A stretch of DNA of 62,602 bases, the filler included, from Chiloscyllium plagiosum (taxonomy: Eukaryota), in assembly GCF_004010195.1 (NCBI RefSeq). It is 5 parts of one record of this genome, joined end to end, with 100 filler letters (N's around TTAATTAATTAA, not from the genome) between each part and the next. Parts side by side here need not be neighbours in the genome. Positions count along the whole stretch, not along the records: positions 43,979 to 51,378 come from NC_057717.1; positions 51,479 to 62,602 come from NC_057717.1; 3 more parts are not named here. One strand, 5' to 3'. The position numbers and the translations under genes are program-made. The notes under the pieces were generated by a model that had not been told where the DNA came from, made no database searches, and saw only the letters and a list, made by a program, of their open reading frames with translations. Below, one piece after another: positions 49,924-61,377 of this stretch. Within the stretch, counting starts at the first letter, position 1. Each line of letters opens with the position of its first letter.

Positions 49924-50315
49924 AAAACCAGTTTGAAACATGTGATTCAAAGCTGCTGAAATCCCGTGTACCACAAAAAAAAATCACGTTGGAGGCTCTT
50001 GCAAGCGGAGTGCAGTGCAATTTACACATTTCATTGTTTATGAATGTAAAGCTGCCACCAAAGATCCTACAGAGCCGAAAATTGTGGTCAGCGACAGTAA
50101 GAATGAAGTATATTCACTTTAAACACAGAGCAGTATGATGCTATAGCGGGGGATATCAAAAGAACATGTGGTATGGAATGGTGAGTGGAGGGGACAACGC
50201 AAGGAGACCAGTTAGAAGAGTGACGCCATGGAGCAGAAAGGAAAATGTCATAATGAATGCATTACACCAGTCGAGGCTGGTAGTGGTCAGGAAGGACAGA
50301 AGTAATGAGCTAGCG

Positions 50316-50597
50316 AAAAACAATGATTGCAGATGCTGGAAACCAGATTCTGGATTAGAGTGGTGCTGGAAAATCACAGCAGTTCAGGCAGCATCCGAGG
50401 AGCAGGAAAATTTACGTTTCGGGCAAAAGCCCTTCATCAGGAATACAGGCAGAGTGCCTGAAGGGTGATTTATCTCTCCATTCTTCAGGCACTCTGCCTG
50501 TATTCCTGATGAGGGGCTTTTACCCAAAACATCGCTTTTCCTGCTCCTCGGATGCTGCCTGAACTGCCGTGCTCTTCCAGCACCATTCTAATCCAGA
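50316..50597. mobile_element. Palindromic, coding-free PLE pLTR pair
   Basis: About 115-bp inverted arms (50349-50463 vs 50483-50597) around a ~20-nt spacer. Left arm has a ~33-nt tail. Flanks agaagtaatgagct / agaactgatgagct look like a TSD. Confidence 0.85.
50409..50444 (-). ncRNA. Hammerhead ribozyme motif (core intact, weak stem I)
   Basis: Minus strand: attc CTGATGA a gggc tttt gccc GAAACGTA aatt. Confidence 0.55.
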
Positions 50598-51233
50598 ACT
50601 GATGAGCTCAAGGGCCAGAGTAGATCGGTGAGTAGAGTAGCAAAAGGTGAACGGGTTAGTGTAGGTCGTTGAGTACAGGGCTAACTTGTGATGGGGATAA
50701 TGTCGGTCACTAAGTACAGGGGTGATAGGTGAATTGGACGGTGTAGCTCAGTGAGTACAGGGTTGATGAGTGAAATGGGCTGTGAAGGTAAATGAATATC
50801 GGAATAATGGGAGAAAAGGACAGATTTGGTTAATTACTACGGAAGTCATGGGGGAATGGAGCACTCAATGTCAGTGAGTAAATGCATGGATTGGAAACGG
50901 GACAGTATAAGTCAGTGAATGCAGGACTGGTGGCTGAACGGCTCAGTCTGTAGAGGGATGATGGGTGAATGGGGCAGGTCAGATCAGTGAGTATTGGAGT
51001 AATGTATGAAGAGGGCAGTGTTGGTCACTGTGTACAAAGGTGACGAGTGGACTGAGCACTGTATTTCAGTGATTACAAGAATGATGGTTAAATGGGACAG
51101 TGTAGGACAGGGAGTGCATGAATGATGGGTGATTGGGAGAATATAGTTTTGTGAGTACAGTGATGATGGATGAACGGAACAATGTTACTCAGTATGTAAA
51201 GTGGTGGAGTGTCAACGGGACTGTGTAGTTAAT
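50598..51233 (-). repeat. ~41-bp minisatellite, inverted paralog of 29566-30200
   Basis: tcagtgagtacaggg...tgatgggtgaatgggacagtgtagg motifs, collinear with the reverse complement of 29566-30200. Confidence 0.88.
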
Positions 51234-51378
51234 TATAGAGTCATAGAAATGTAAAGCATGGAAACAGACCCTCGGTCCAACCCGTCCATGCCGACCAGAT
51301 ATCCAACCCAACCTAGTCCCATCTGCCAGCACCCAGCCCATATCTCTCCAAACCCTTCCTATTCATATACCAATCTAA
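51234..51378 (-). mobile_element. CR1 3' end, paralog of 29421-29565
   Basis: atagagtcataga...catggaaacagaccctcggtcc; same insertion junction as at 29565. Confidence 0.9.
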
Positions 51379-51633
51379 NNNNNNNNNNNNNNNNNNNNNN
51401 NNNNNNNNNNNNNNNNNNNNNNTTAATTAATTAANNNNNNNNNNNNNNNNNNNNNNNNNNNNNNNNNNNNNNNNNNNNGTCTTCCTACTACCCCAGTTCT
51501 GTATACATCTTGCCATCTCACCCCTGATATCAAGCTTTTGTACCAGTCTGTCATGAGGAAGACTGAAGTCAATATCGTCGACTTTTCTGTCACCCATCAT
51601 CTTTGTCATGTCCTCAGTCAACTTAATTCATTA

Positions 51634-52990
51634 ACCGAGGCATGGCGTCTTCTACACAAAACCATGCTTTCTATCGAGATGTATTCGGCTCGGTGGTATT
51701 TGACTGGCCAGGACCTGCAGGAGGTGTATGACAGTTTGTTTCTGGCAGGAACCATGAGCAAATCCATCAGAAAGGTATCATCACGTTCATCCACAAGCGG
51801 AAGGGGGAGGAGGGAGGAAATTAGAAATTGAAGCCAACACCATTGCTGCATGTAGACTACAAAATACTGTCTTAAGGTCATCACCAACTGAGTCAGCTCT
51901 GCTCTGGGATCGGTGATCCATTCCAACCAAATCTGAGTTGAAGTGGGCAGGACAATCTCTCTGAGCGCCTTATACTCCGGAAGGATACGATCACCTACAA
52001 ACTGGTCAGGGGTGTGGACACCTGTCTCATTAGCCTGGACCAGGAGAAGTCTTTTGACAGAATATCTTACACACCTCCATGTTGGACCTACTCTCCAAAA
52101 TTGGCTTTGGGGAGGGAGTCTGCAATTGGATCCGACTGCTCCACAACAACATCGTTCGCGCAGTCTCAATAAACGGGTGGGATCTGGAAGCTTCCCCGTC
52201 ATATCCGGAGTTAGGCAGGGCTGCCCACTTTCACCGGCCGTGTTTGTGTGTTGTATAGAGCCCTTTGCTGAATCCATCAGGATGGATGTGATCCTGAGAA
52301 GGGTAACTATTCCAGGCAGTAGAGGCCTGCAAGTCAACGCCTCCCCGTACAAGGATTTTGTCACGGTTTTCTGCTGGGACACGCTGTCAGTGCTCAGACC
52401 CATGACCATCTGGGATCAGTTCCAACTGGCTTTGGAAACCTAGGGAAATTGAGGCAAGAGTGAGGCCATGTTCTGTGGGAACTCGGCTGACTGATCCTTC
52501 ATTCCCTAAACAGTCAGGACAGATTGCCTAAAGGTGCTGGGAAAATGGCACAGAGGGGTTGGGATGTGCATAAAATCTAGGGAGGAGTGCACGGCCAAAG
52601 TGAAGCAGACACTAGTCTTTTAGGAGCACCACTCACTCCCCATTTATGGGTAAAAACCTGGTTACCAGGTGTGATGCACTCTCTGTTCTTGGACATGGCG
52701 CTGATCTGGCCCATCCCCAAAACTGCACTGTTTCAGTCACCCGAGGCAACTTCCACTTCATCCGGCAGCCTAAGATAGACTGTGTCTGCAGAGAGTCCAA
52801 GTACAAAACCGGAGATAAGCTGGGATGAACATACCCAAAACCGCCCTCACACTGATGGCCCCTTTGTCTGCGGCTGCATCAAGCTGTGTGAACACAAATA
52901 CCAAGTGTCACTCCGGAGTGATGGTTGTACCTGTCCCCCGTGCTGGGAAGGATGGGATTCGCCTCGTTGCCTTGCAACGCTCCAAATAGA
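51634..52990 (+). mobile_element. Tx1-type (L1 clade) non-LTR retrotransposon RT relic
   Basis: LLHVDYKILSKVI, SLDQEKSFDRISY, SGVRQGCPLSPAVFVCCIEPFAESIR, and VNASPYKDF (decayed YxDD); frameshifted. Confidence 0.85.
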
Positions 52991-53295
52991 GTCAGAGTCA
53001 TGTGGGTGTTCAGGATGGAAACAGACCCTTCGGTCCAACTCACCATTAAGACCGAGTATCCTCAATTAATACAGTCCCATTTGCTTGCATTTCACCGATA
53101 TCCCCCCTAACTCTAGGGAAGCTTCTTCACTATCCACTGCACCTCCAATTTTAGTGAAATCTGCCACTTAGGTACTGTGCTTCCTAAGATCACATCCAAG
53201 TAATTTAGGTAACTGAGAAAACACAGTGGACCCAGCACCGATCCTTGTGGGACACCGCTGTTTATAAGCCTCCAGAACGATCCACTAACACCCAC
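52990..53295 (-). mobile_element. CR1 fragments (3' tail fused to an RT piece)
   Basis: atggaaacagacccttcggtccaactc tail; SGVPQGSVLGPLCFLSYLNYLD on the minus strand. Confidence 0.8.
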
Positions 53296-53814
53296 TAAAG
53301 AGAGAGGTATGTTGTGGGGGTCGGGGAAAGAGAAACAGAAACAGGAACAGAAAAACGGATATAGTGCCACACAAAGGTGGCGGTAACAGTGTCTCAAACT
53401 CGAGAGCCTCTGGGTTTCTAACTGCAGGATGTATTCTTATTATCATTCCAACGGTAGAACTCTGGGTGGGGTGGTGTGGGGTGGAGTGTTTCGAATTGGG
53501 GAAAGTGTTCAGGAACGTGTGAGGGTGGCTGCGTGTGAATTGGTGCAGACTCAAGATTTGGGTTTTCAGAAGTGGCCACAACGTGGCGACGGCACAATGG
53601 ATGGGGCAGGCGCCATGCGACTGCAGAATGCGAATATACCCAACATCGCCCTCAGACTGATGGTCCCCCCACCCGCTTTGTGTTGAGCTGCATCAACCTG
53701 TGCATAGACCCTCTGTACACAAACACCAAGTGTCACTGCGTACTGAGATCCTACAAGTTCCCGGTGTTGGGAAGGATGCGACTTGCCTCGTTGCCATGCA
53801 ACGTTCCAAATAGT

Positions 53815-55630
53815 GTCACAGTATCATGGGACTGATCAGAACCCTTCGGTCCCACTCGTCTATTAACACCAAATATCCTCAATTAATCCAGTTCCATTTG
53901 CTCGCATTTCCCCCATTTCCTTCCAAACTCTTCCTATTGAAATATCCATCCTGGTGCCTTTTAAAAGTAACAGGACACACATCCACCAATTCCCCTGGCA
54001 GCGCATTTCATATACACACCAGAATCTGCGTGAACATGTTGCCCAGTAGATCTCTTCCAAATTTTTCCCCTCTCCTTAAACCTATGCCCTCCAGTTCTGC
54101 AATCCCCCACACAGGAGAAAAGTCTATAACACTTCACCCTCTCCATGCCCCTCTTAATTTTAAAAACTTCTGTAAGGTTACCCCTCAGCCTCCGGTGCTC
54201 CAGGGGAAATAGCCCCAGTCAATTCAGCCTCTCCCTACAGCTCAAACCCTCCAACACTGGCAACATCCTTATAAATCTTTTCAGAACACTTTCAAATTTC
54301 ACAGCATCGTTCCTACATCAGGAAGACCAGAAATGAACACAGCATTCTAAACGTGGCCTAACCAATGTCCTGTTTCGCCAAAACATGACCTTCTGATCAA
54401 TACAGGAAAGTATACCAAATGCCTTCTTCACTATCCTGTGCCCCTTCAATTCCATTATCAAGGACGATGAACCTGCACTCCAAAGTGTCTTTGTTCAGCA
54501 ACACTCCACGGGACAATTCCATAAAGTGTACAAGTCCTGCCCTAATTTGCCTTCCCAAAATGCAGCACTTCACATTTATCTAAATTAAAATTCATCTGCC
54601 ACTCCTCAGCGCAGTGGCCCATCTGATCAAGATCCTGTTGTATTCTGAGGTTAGCTTCTTCGCTGTCGACTGCACCTCCAACTTTATTACCATCTTCCAA
54701 ATAGAAGCTAAGCCACTTATATTTACATCCAAGTCATTTATGTAACTGACAGAACACTGTGGACCCAGCACAATCCTTGTGCGACACCGCTGGTCATTGT
54801 CCTCCAGACAGAAAAATAACCATCCACCAACACCCTCTGTCTTCTCCCTTTGAGCTAATTCTACAGTGAAACGGCTCGTTCTCCCGATATTCCACATGGT
54901 CTTAATTTGCTAAACAATTTACCATGAGGAACCTTTTCAAGTGCCTCACTGAAGTCCATATAGATCACATCCACCACTCTGCTTTCATTGAGTCATAGAG
55001 ATGTACAGCATGGAAACAGACTCTTCGGTCCAACCCGTCCATCCCGGCCAAATATCCCAACCCAATCGAGTCCTTCCTGCCAACATCCGGTCCATATCCC
55101 TCCAAACCACTCCTATTCATGTACCCATCCAGATGCCTTTCAAATGCTGTAAATTAACAGCATCAACAACTTGCTCAGCCCGCTCATTCCATACACACAC
55201 AACCCTCTGCGAGAAAAAAGTTGCCCCTTCGGTCACTTTTATATCTTTCTCCTCTCACCATAAACCTATCCCCTCTTGTTCTGGGCTCCCCCACCCCAGG
55301 GAAAATTCCTTGTCTATTTATCCTATCCATTCTCATCATGATTTTATAAAGTTCTACACAGTCACCCCTCAGCCTCTGACACACCAGTGTAAACAGCAGC
55401 AGACTATTCAGCGTCTCCCTGTCGCTCAATTCTTCCAACCCTGGCACCATGCTTGTAAATCTGTTCTGAACCCTTTCAAGTTTCTGAACATCCTTCCAAT
55501 AGAAGGGAGACCAGAATTGCTCATAATATGCCAAGAGCGGCCTAACCAATGTCCTGTACAGTTGCAATATACTGTCCCAACTCCTATGCTTCATACTCTG
55601 TCCAATGATGAAATGCTTACCAAACGCCTT
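53815..55630 (-). mobile_element. Two successive CR1 3' portions (53815-54985 and 54988-55630)
   Basis: LYRTLVRPLLAYYEQFWSPFYWKDVQKLERVQNRFTSMVPGL; YINDLDVNISG; tail gagtcatagagatgtacagcatggaaacagac. Confidence 0.88.
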
Positions 55631-57647
55631 CTCATTAAACCTCTTCAAAACATCAAGTCATTTAGACACGAATTCGAATGCTCAAAGCCATATTGCCTAT
55701 CCCGAATCGGTTGTCGTCCTGTATCCCAAATGTGGAGGAGACACCACCAAGAGCAAAAGGCACAGTAGATGAGGTGTTTGAATACACAAAAAAATCTTTG
55801 TCAGATGTGGAAGGATCCTTTGGAGCCTTGGACAGGGGTGAGCAGGAAGGTGTTTGAATGCAGGGTTTACACTTCATGCGGTGGCAGGTGAAGGTGCGGG
55901 GAGTGACGGGTCGGTTGGTGTGGGGGCGTGGACCTCACCAGGGAGTCACGGAGTGAATCTGGAAGCAGTCCACAGAGAGTATTCCAAAAGTAATTGCCTG
56001 GTTAGTTCCACAAACCTCACCAAGCCACCATCCACTTCGACACCTTCCCTTATCGCAGCAAGCTGTGTAAAACCTGCATCCACACCTCCCCCCTTTCCTC
56101 TGACAAAGGCCCCAAAGATCCTTCCACATCTGGAAGATATTTTTCTGTGCATCTTAATACCTCATCTATTGTGTCGGTTGCACCCGAAATGGTCTCTTCT
56201 TCATTTGGAGACAGGACACCGTCTTGTGGATTGTTTCAGGAAACATCTCTGAGACACAGGCACCAAACAAACCCCACTAACCTGTGGCTGAACACTTCAA
56301 CTCCCACTCTGACAGTCCCAAAGACAAGCAAGAGCTGGGACGCAACCACTGCCAAGTCCAAGCCACCCAATGCCTGAAGGAGGAACGCCTCATCTTCCAC
56401 CTTGTGACACTCCGACCACAGACACCACCCTCTGCGGGAAAAAAAGTTGCCCCTTCGGTCACTTATATATCTTTCTCCTCTCACCCTAAAACTATCCCCT
56501 CTCGTTCTGGACTCCCCCACCCCAGGGAAAATACCTTGTCTATTTATCCTATCCATTCTCATCATGATTTTATAAAATTCGACACGGTCACCCCTCAGCC
56601 TCTGACACACCAGTGAAAACATCAGCAGACTTTTCAGCCTCTCCCTGTCGCTCAAATCTTCCAACCCTGACACCATGCTTGTAAATCTGTTCTTAACCCT
56701 TTCAAGTTTCTGAACATCCTTCCAATAGAAGGGAGACCAGAATTGCGCATAATATGCCAAGAGCGGCCTAACCAACGTCCTGTACAGTTGCAATATACCC
56801 TACCAACGCTTCTGCTTAATACTCTGTCCAATGATGAAATGCTTACCAAACGCCTTCTCATCAAACCTCTTCAAAACATCAAGTCAGTCAGACACGAATT
56901 CGAATGCTCAAAGCCATATTGCCTATCCCGAATCGGTTGTCGTCCTGTATCCCCAATGTGGAGGAGACACCACCAAGAGCAAAAGATACAGTAGATGAGG
57001 TGTTTGGATGCACAAAAAAAATCGTTGCCAGATGTGGAAGGATCCTTTGGAGCCTTGGACAGGGGTGAGCAGGAAGGAGTTTGAATGCAGGTTTTACACT
57101 TCATGCGGTGGCAGGTGAAGGTGCAGGGAGTGACGGGTCGGTTGTTGGGGTGGGTATGGACCTCACCAGGGAGTCACGGAGTGAATGTGGAAGCAGTCCA
57201 CAGAGAGTATTCCAAAATAAATTGCCTGGTTAGTTCCACACACATCACCAAACCACCATCCACTTCAACACCTTCCCTTATTGCAGCAAGCTGTGTAAAA
57301 CCTGCATCCACACCTCCCCCCTTTCCTCTGACAAAGGCCCCAAGGATCCTTCCACATCTGGCAGATATTTTTCTGTGCATCCTAACATCTCATCTAAAGT
57401 GTCAGTTGCACCCGAAATGGTCTCTTCTACATTTGGAGACAGGACACGGTCTTGTGGATTGTTTCAGGAAACATCTCTGAGACACAGGCACCTAACAAAC
57501 CCCACGACCCTGTGGCTGAACACTTCAACTCCCACTCTGACAGTCCCAAAGACAAGCAAGAGCTGGGACGCCACTACTGCCAAGTCCAAGCCACCCAATG
57601 CCTGAAGGAGGAACGCCTCATCTTCCACCTTGGGACACTCCGACCAC
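55202..57647. repeat. ~1.23-kb tandem duplication of a CR1/PLE composite (55202-56420 and 56427-57647)
   Basis: accctctgcg(a/g)gaaaaaagttgccccttcggtcac at 55202 and 56427; ORF-track peptides are duplicated (e.g. 56147 vs 57375). Confidence 0.93.
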
Positions 57648-58040
57648 GCGAAATTAACATCGACTTCACCAGTTTCCTCATCTCCCCTACCCACACCTCA
57701 TCCCAGAAACAAATCTCCAATTCAGCAACGCCCACGTGACGTGTCCTCTCTGTCCATCTTCCTACCCAACAATCCGCTCCACACTCCCCTACGATTTATC
57801 ACCCTCTCCCCACCTGCATTTACCCATCACCTTCCCAGCTCTCTTCCCCCCAGCCCCACCACCTACTAACCCCCAGTTTATCTTTCAGTTCCCTTCCCCC
57901 CGCCCCACATTCCTGATGATGGACTGATGGCCGAAATGCTGATTCTCCTGCTTCTCGGATGTTGCCTGACCTGCTGTGCTTTTTCCAGCACCACACCTTT
58001 CCACTCAGATCGCCAGCATCTGCATCCCTCACTTGCTCCT
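56860..58040 (+). mobile_element. PLE GIY-YIG and 3' terminus with an inverted 5' GIY-YIG piece (duplicated at 55640-56420)
   Basis: HLIYC...LLHIGDTGRQ on minus; ETGHGLVDCFRKHL and PVAEHFNS...LKEERLIFHLGTLRPREINIDFTSF on plus; decayed hammerhead cctgatgatggactgatggccgaaatgc at 57912. Confidence 0.85.
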
Positions 58041-59447
58041 CACTGTCTTTTAGCTGAGGCATTTGTGGGGCCTCCCTTTACCTTACCCCTGTTCCAGACT
58101 GCTCCCCTGAGCTTGTATATTGCCTCGTCTGTCTCAGCCAGAGAGCTCAGTGACTCTTAGTTTAAATATGAATTCCCCATCTCATGACCCAAGTTCAGAG
58201 TGTTTTAGTCCAGGGTGTCTAATGTGAATGTTTACTCCACCTTACACCAACCCGCCCTGTATTCCACCTTCCTTCTGTTCTCTGATTATCTCATTTTTGA
58301 CGGCTGTTCCATTACCTGCGGGTATCTGCTGCCAATCAGCTATTGAATGTTCTTGGCAATAACGGTCAAAATTTGCCTTCCTCCAATTTATTACAACTTG
58401 CAAAACAATCTCATGGCCAAACGAACCACAGCACATTCACCCATCTCGGAGGTCAACAGGGGTAAATGCAAAGTGCAAATACAATGTGATTCCATTTGCA
58501 TGTCGCTTTGCTTCGGACCCATTTGATGACTACATTCTCGTGGCTGCTTCCAGACTGTCCTCGTGACGAGACATTTATACAGCATCCAACAATTCAATAT
58601 GCGTATGTTTCACATTCAGGGTTTTATGTTCCTCTTTTTGGAGTTGTGTGTGTCAGACACTTAACATGCTCGTGTCAAATCCAAAGGCCCTGTTTATTTT
58701 CACCACAGACTTCAAACTTGCATTAAAATGACAGAGCCACAATCAATCTCAGTTAACCAGAGACCCTTAAAAATCGAGGGTATCCCAGAGGAAATCAAAC
58801 CTCAGGTTAAGAAATAGACACAACTCACACGGGCCCCATGGGGTACAGCCTGTCGAATAAGCCTCAGGCTGATGTCCGCCACTCCCCTCTGAACGAAAGG
58901 TCGATCTAAGGGAAGGATTTCTTGTCCTGTCGTAGTTTCAAAATAGCAATTCCTGCAAGGGGCGGACGGAGAGAGTGGGAGATTAAAAGGCTCTTGGAAA
59001 TGGACAGACGGCTTGCTTTTCAAACACATTATACATCAAGAGGTTATTCCTTCACACAAAACATTTCTCAGCAAAACCAAGTACGATCAAATTGGGAAAA
59101 AGTTCAGGGAATTCGTTTATAGACCCACCGGGCAGCATTAAAGCTGTTGGTTTATTGAAACGCTCGTTGCTTCGATCGCATTGCCGCAGGCTGTCAAAGC
59201 ACAGCAAGATCTCACAGGCAGCAACATGTCAGCAGCTAGATCAGCTCGATATTTCTGATGGGGGCTACTTAAATGTTCAATATTTGTTGCAACTACAGGC
59301 ACTGACAAAACTGCGACTTCACAATCTCAAATGTCTCTCCCTCACACCCACCCTGTCTGTCTTTCTCCTGCCTCTCTCCCATTTACAAGTCTCTCTCTCA
59401 CTCTCAATGTGAAGATTCACACATTATTACTCTGACATTATAACAAG

Positions 59448-60006
59448 NNNNNNNNNNNNNNNNNNNNNNNNNNNNNNNNNNNNNNNNNNNNNNNNNNNNN
59501 NNNNNNNNNNNNNNNNNNNNNNNNNNNNNNNNNNNNNNNNNNNNNNNNNNNNNNNNNNNNNNNNNNNNNNNNNNNNNNNNNNNNNNNNNNNNNNNNNNNN
59601 NNNNNNNNNNNNNNNNNNNNNNNNNNNNNNNNNNNNNNNNNNNNNNNNNNNNNNNNNNNNNNNNNNNNNNNNNNNNNNNNNNNNNNNNNNNNNNNNNNNN
59701 NNNNNNNNNNNNNNNNNNNNNNNNNNNNNNNNNNNNNNNNNNNNNNNNNNNNNNNNNNNNNNNNNNNNNNNNNNNNNNNNNNNNNNNNNNNNNNNNNNNN
59801 NNNNNNNNNNNNNNNNNNNNNNNNNNNNNNNNNNNNNNNNNNNNNNNNNNNNNNNNNNNNNNNNNNNNNNNNNNNNNNNNNNNNNNNNNNNNNNNNNNNN
59901 NNNNNNNNNNNNNNNNNNNNNNNNNNNNNNNNNNNNNNNNNNNNNNNNNNNNNNNNNNNNNNNNNNNNNNNNNNNNNNNNNNNNNNNNNNNNNNNNNNNN
60001 NNNNNN
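59448..60006. other. Assembly gap
   Basis: N run. Confidence 0.99.
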
Positions 60007-61375
60007 AACTAAGAACAACGCAGCACAGCGACAGGCCCTTCGGCCCTCCAAGCCTGTGACAAGTCATTTTGTCCTTACTTTCTACAACTGTCTTCACTTA
60101 CAGGATTCCTATTCCTCACTTCCCTTCGTATTCATGTATCCTTCCAGGTGTTTCTTGAAAGCTGCTGTCGTGTCTGTTTCCACCACTTCCTCTGGCAGCA
60201 CATTGCAGGCATTCAGCAGTTTTTCTGTGAAAAATTTGTCTCCCACACCTCTTTTAATCTGCTTCCTTCCTCCCTCACTCGCACCTTGAAACTGTGGCCC
60301 CTGTATCCTTTCAACCCTGGGAAAAAAGCCTCATACTGTCCACTCTGTCCACGCCAGTAACAATCTTATATACCTCGATCAGCTCCCTCAACCTCCTGCA
60401 TTCTATTGAGAACAGCCCCAGTCTATCCAACCTTTCTTCACAGCTAAACTTCCCACATACCAGGCAACATCCGGTAATCATTTTCTGTATCCTCTCCAAA
60501 GCATCCACATCCTTCTGGTGACCGGAACTGCACACAGTATCGCAAGTGTGGCCTCATTAAAGTTCTATGATGCTCCAGCGTAACTCATCTATCCATATCC
60601 TCAATGCCCCTTCCAGTGATGGCAAGCATGCCATCGGTCTTTTTCACTCCCTTAAAGGCCTGAGCTGCCACCTTCAATGATTTGTAAACCTGCACACCCA
60701 CAGCGCTCTGCATGTTAATACTCCAAAGGGTTCTACCATTCACTATTAAATCTGCACTTGACCTTTGAAAATGGATCACCTCCCTTTTGTTGGGCGGCAC
60801 GATGGCACAGTGCTTAGCACTGCTGCCTCACAGCGCCAGAGACCTGGGTTCAAGTCCCGCCTCAGACGACTGACTGTGTCGAGTTTGCACATTCTCCCCG
60901 TGCTAAATTGCCCGTAGTGTTAGCGAAGGGGGAAATGTAGGGGTTTGGGTGGGTTGCGCTTCGGCGGGGCGGTGTGGACTTGTTGGGCCAAATGGCCTGT
61001 TTCCACACTGCAAGTAACATCAACTCCAACTGCTGTATCCTCTGACAATCTTCCTCACTATCTGCAATTCCACCAATATTTGTACAATATGCAAACCTAT
61101 TAAATAACCAACCACGTTTTCCTCCAAATCGACCATAAACATCAGAGCTCCCAGCACTGATCCCTGCAGAACACCAATAATCACAAGTCGCCAATCCTTA
61201 AACCATTCATTCACTGCCCCCTCTGTATTCCTACAATCCATTTATGTATACATCTTGCCATCTCATCCCTGACAGCAAGCTTTTGTACCAGTCTGTCATG
61301 AGGAGGACTGAAGTCATTATCGTCCACTTTTGTCTCACTAACCATCTTTGTCATGTCCTCAATAAACTGAATTCA
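60007..61375 (-). mobile_element. CR1 3' portion interrupted by an HE1 SINE
   Basis: KDVDALERIQKMITG...RLDRLGLFSIECRRLR; GVLQGSVLGAL; tail acaggcccttcggccc. Confidence 0.85.
60792..61017 (+). mobile_element. HE1 SINE with internal deletion
   Basis: gggcggcacgatggcacagtgcttagcactgctgcctcacagcgccagagacctgggttcaagtccc (A and B boxes); ctccccgtg joined directly to ctaaattgcccgtag; tail ggcctgtttccacactg. Confidence 0.92.
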
Positions 61376-61377
61376 TC

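Noticed and set aside
51618..52409. 263-aa minus-strand ORF; also 55001-55768 (+, 255 aa)
   Set aside because: These are antisense frames of Tx1 and CR1 relics respectively.
60792..60865. tRNA gene (also 19261-19330)
   Set aside because: The A/B-box head runs directly into SINE body and CR1-like tail, so it is a SINE head.
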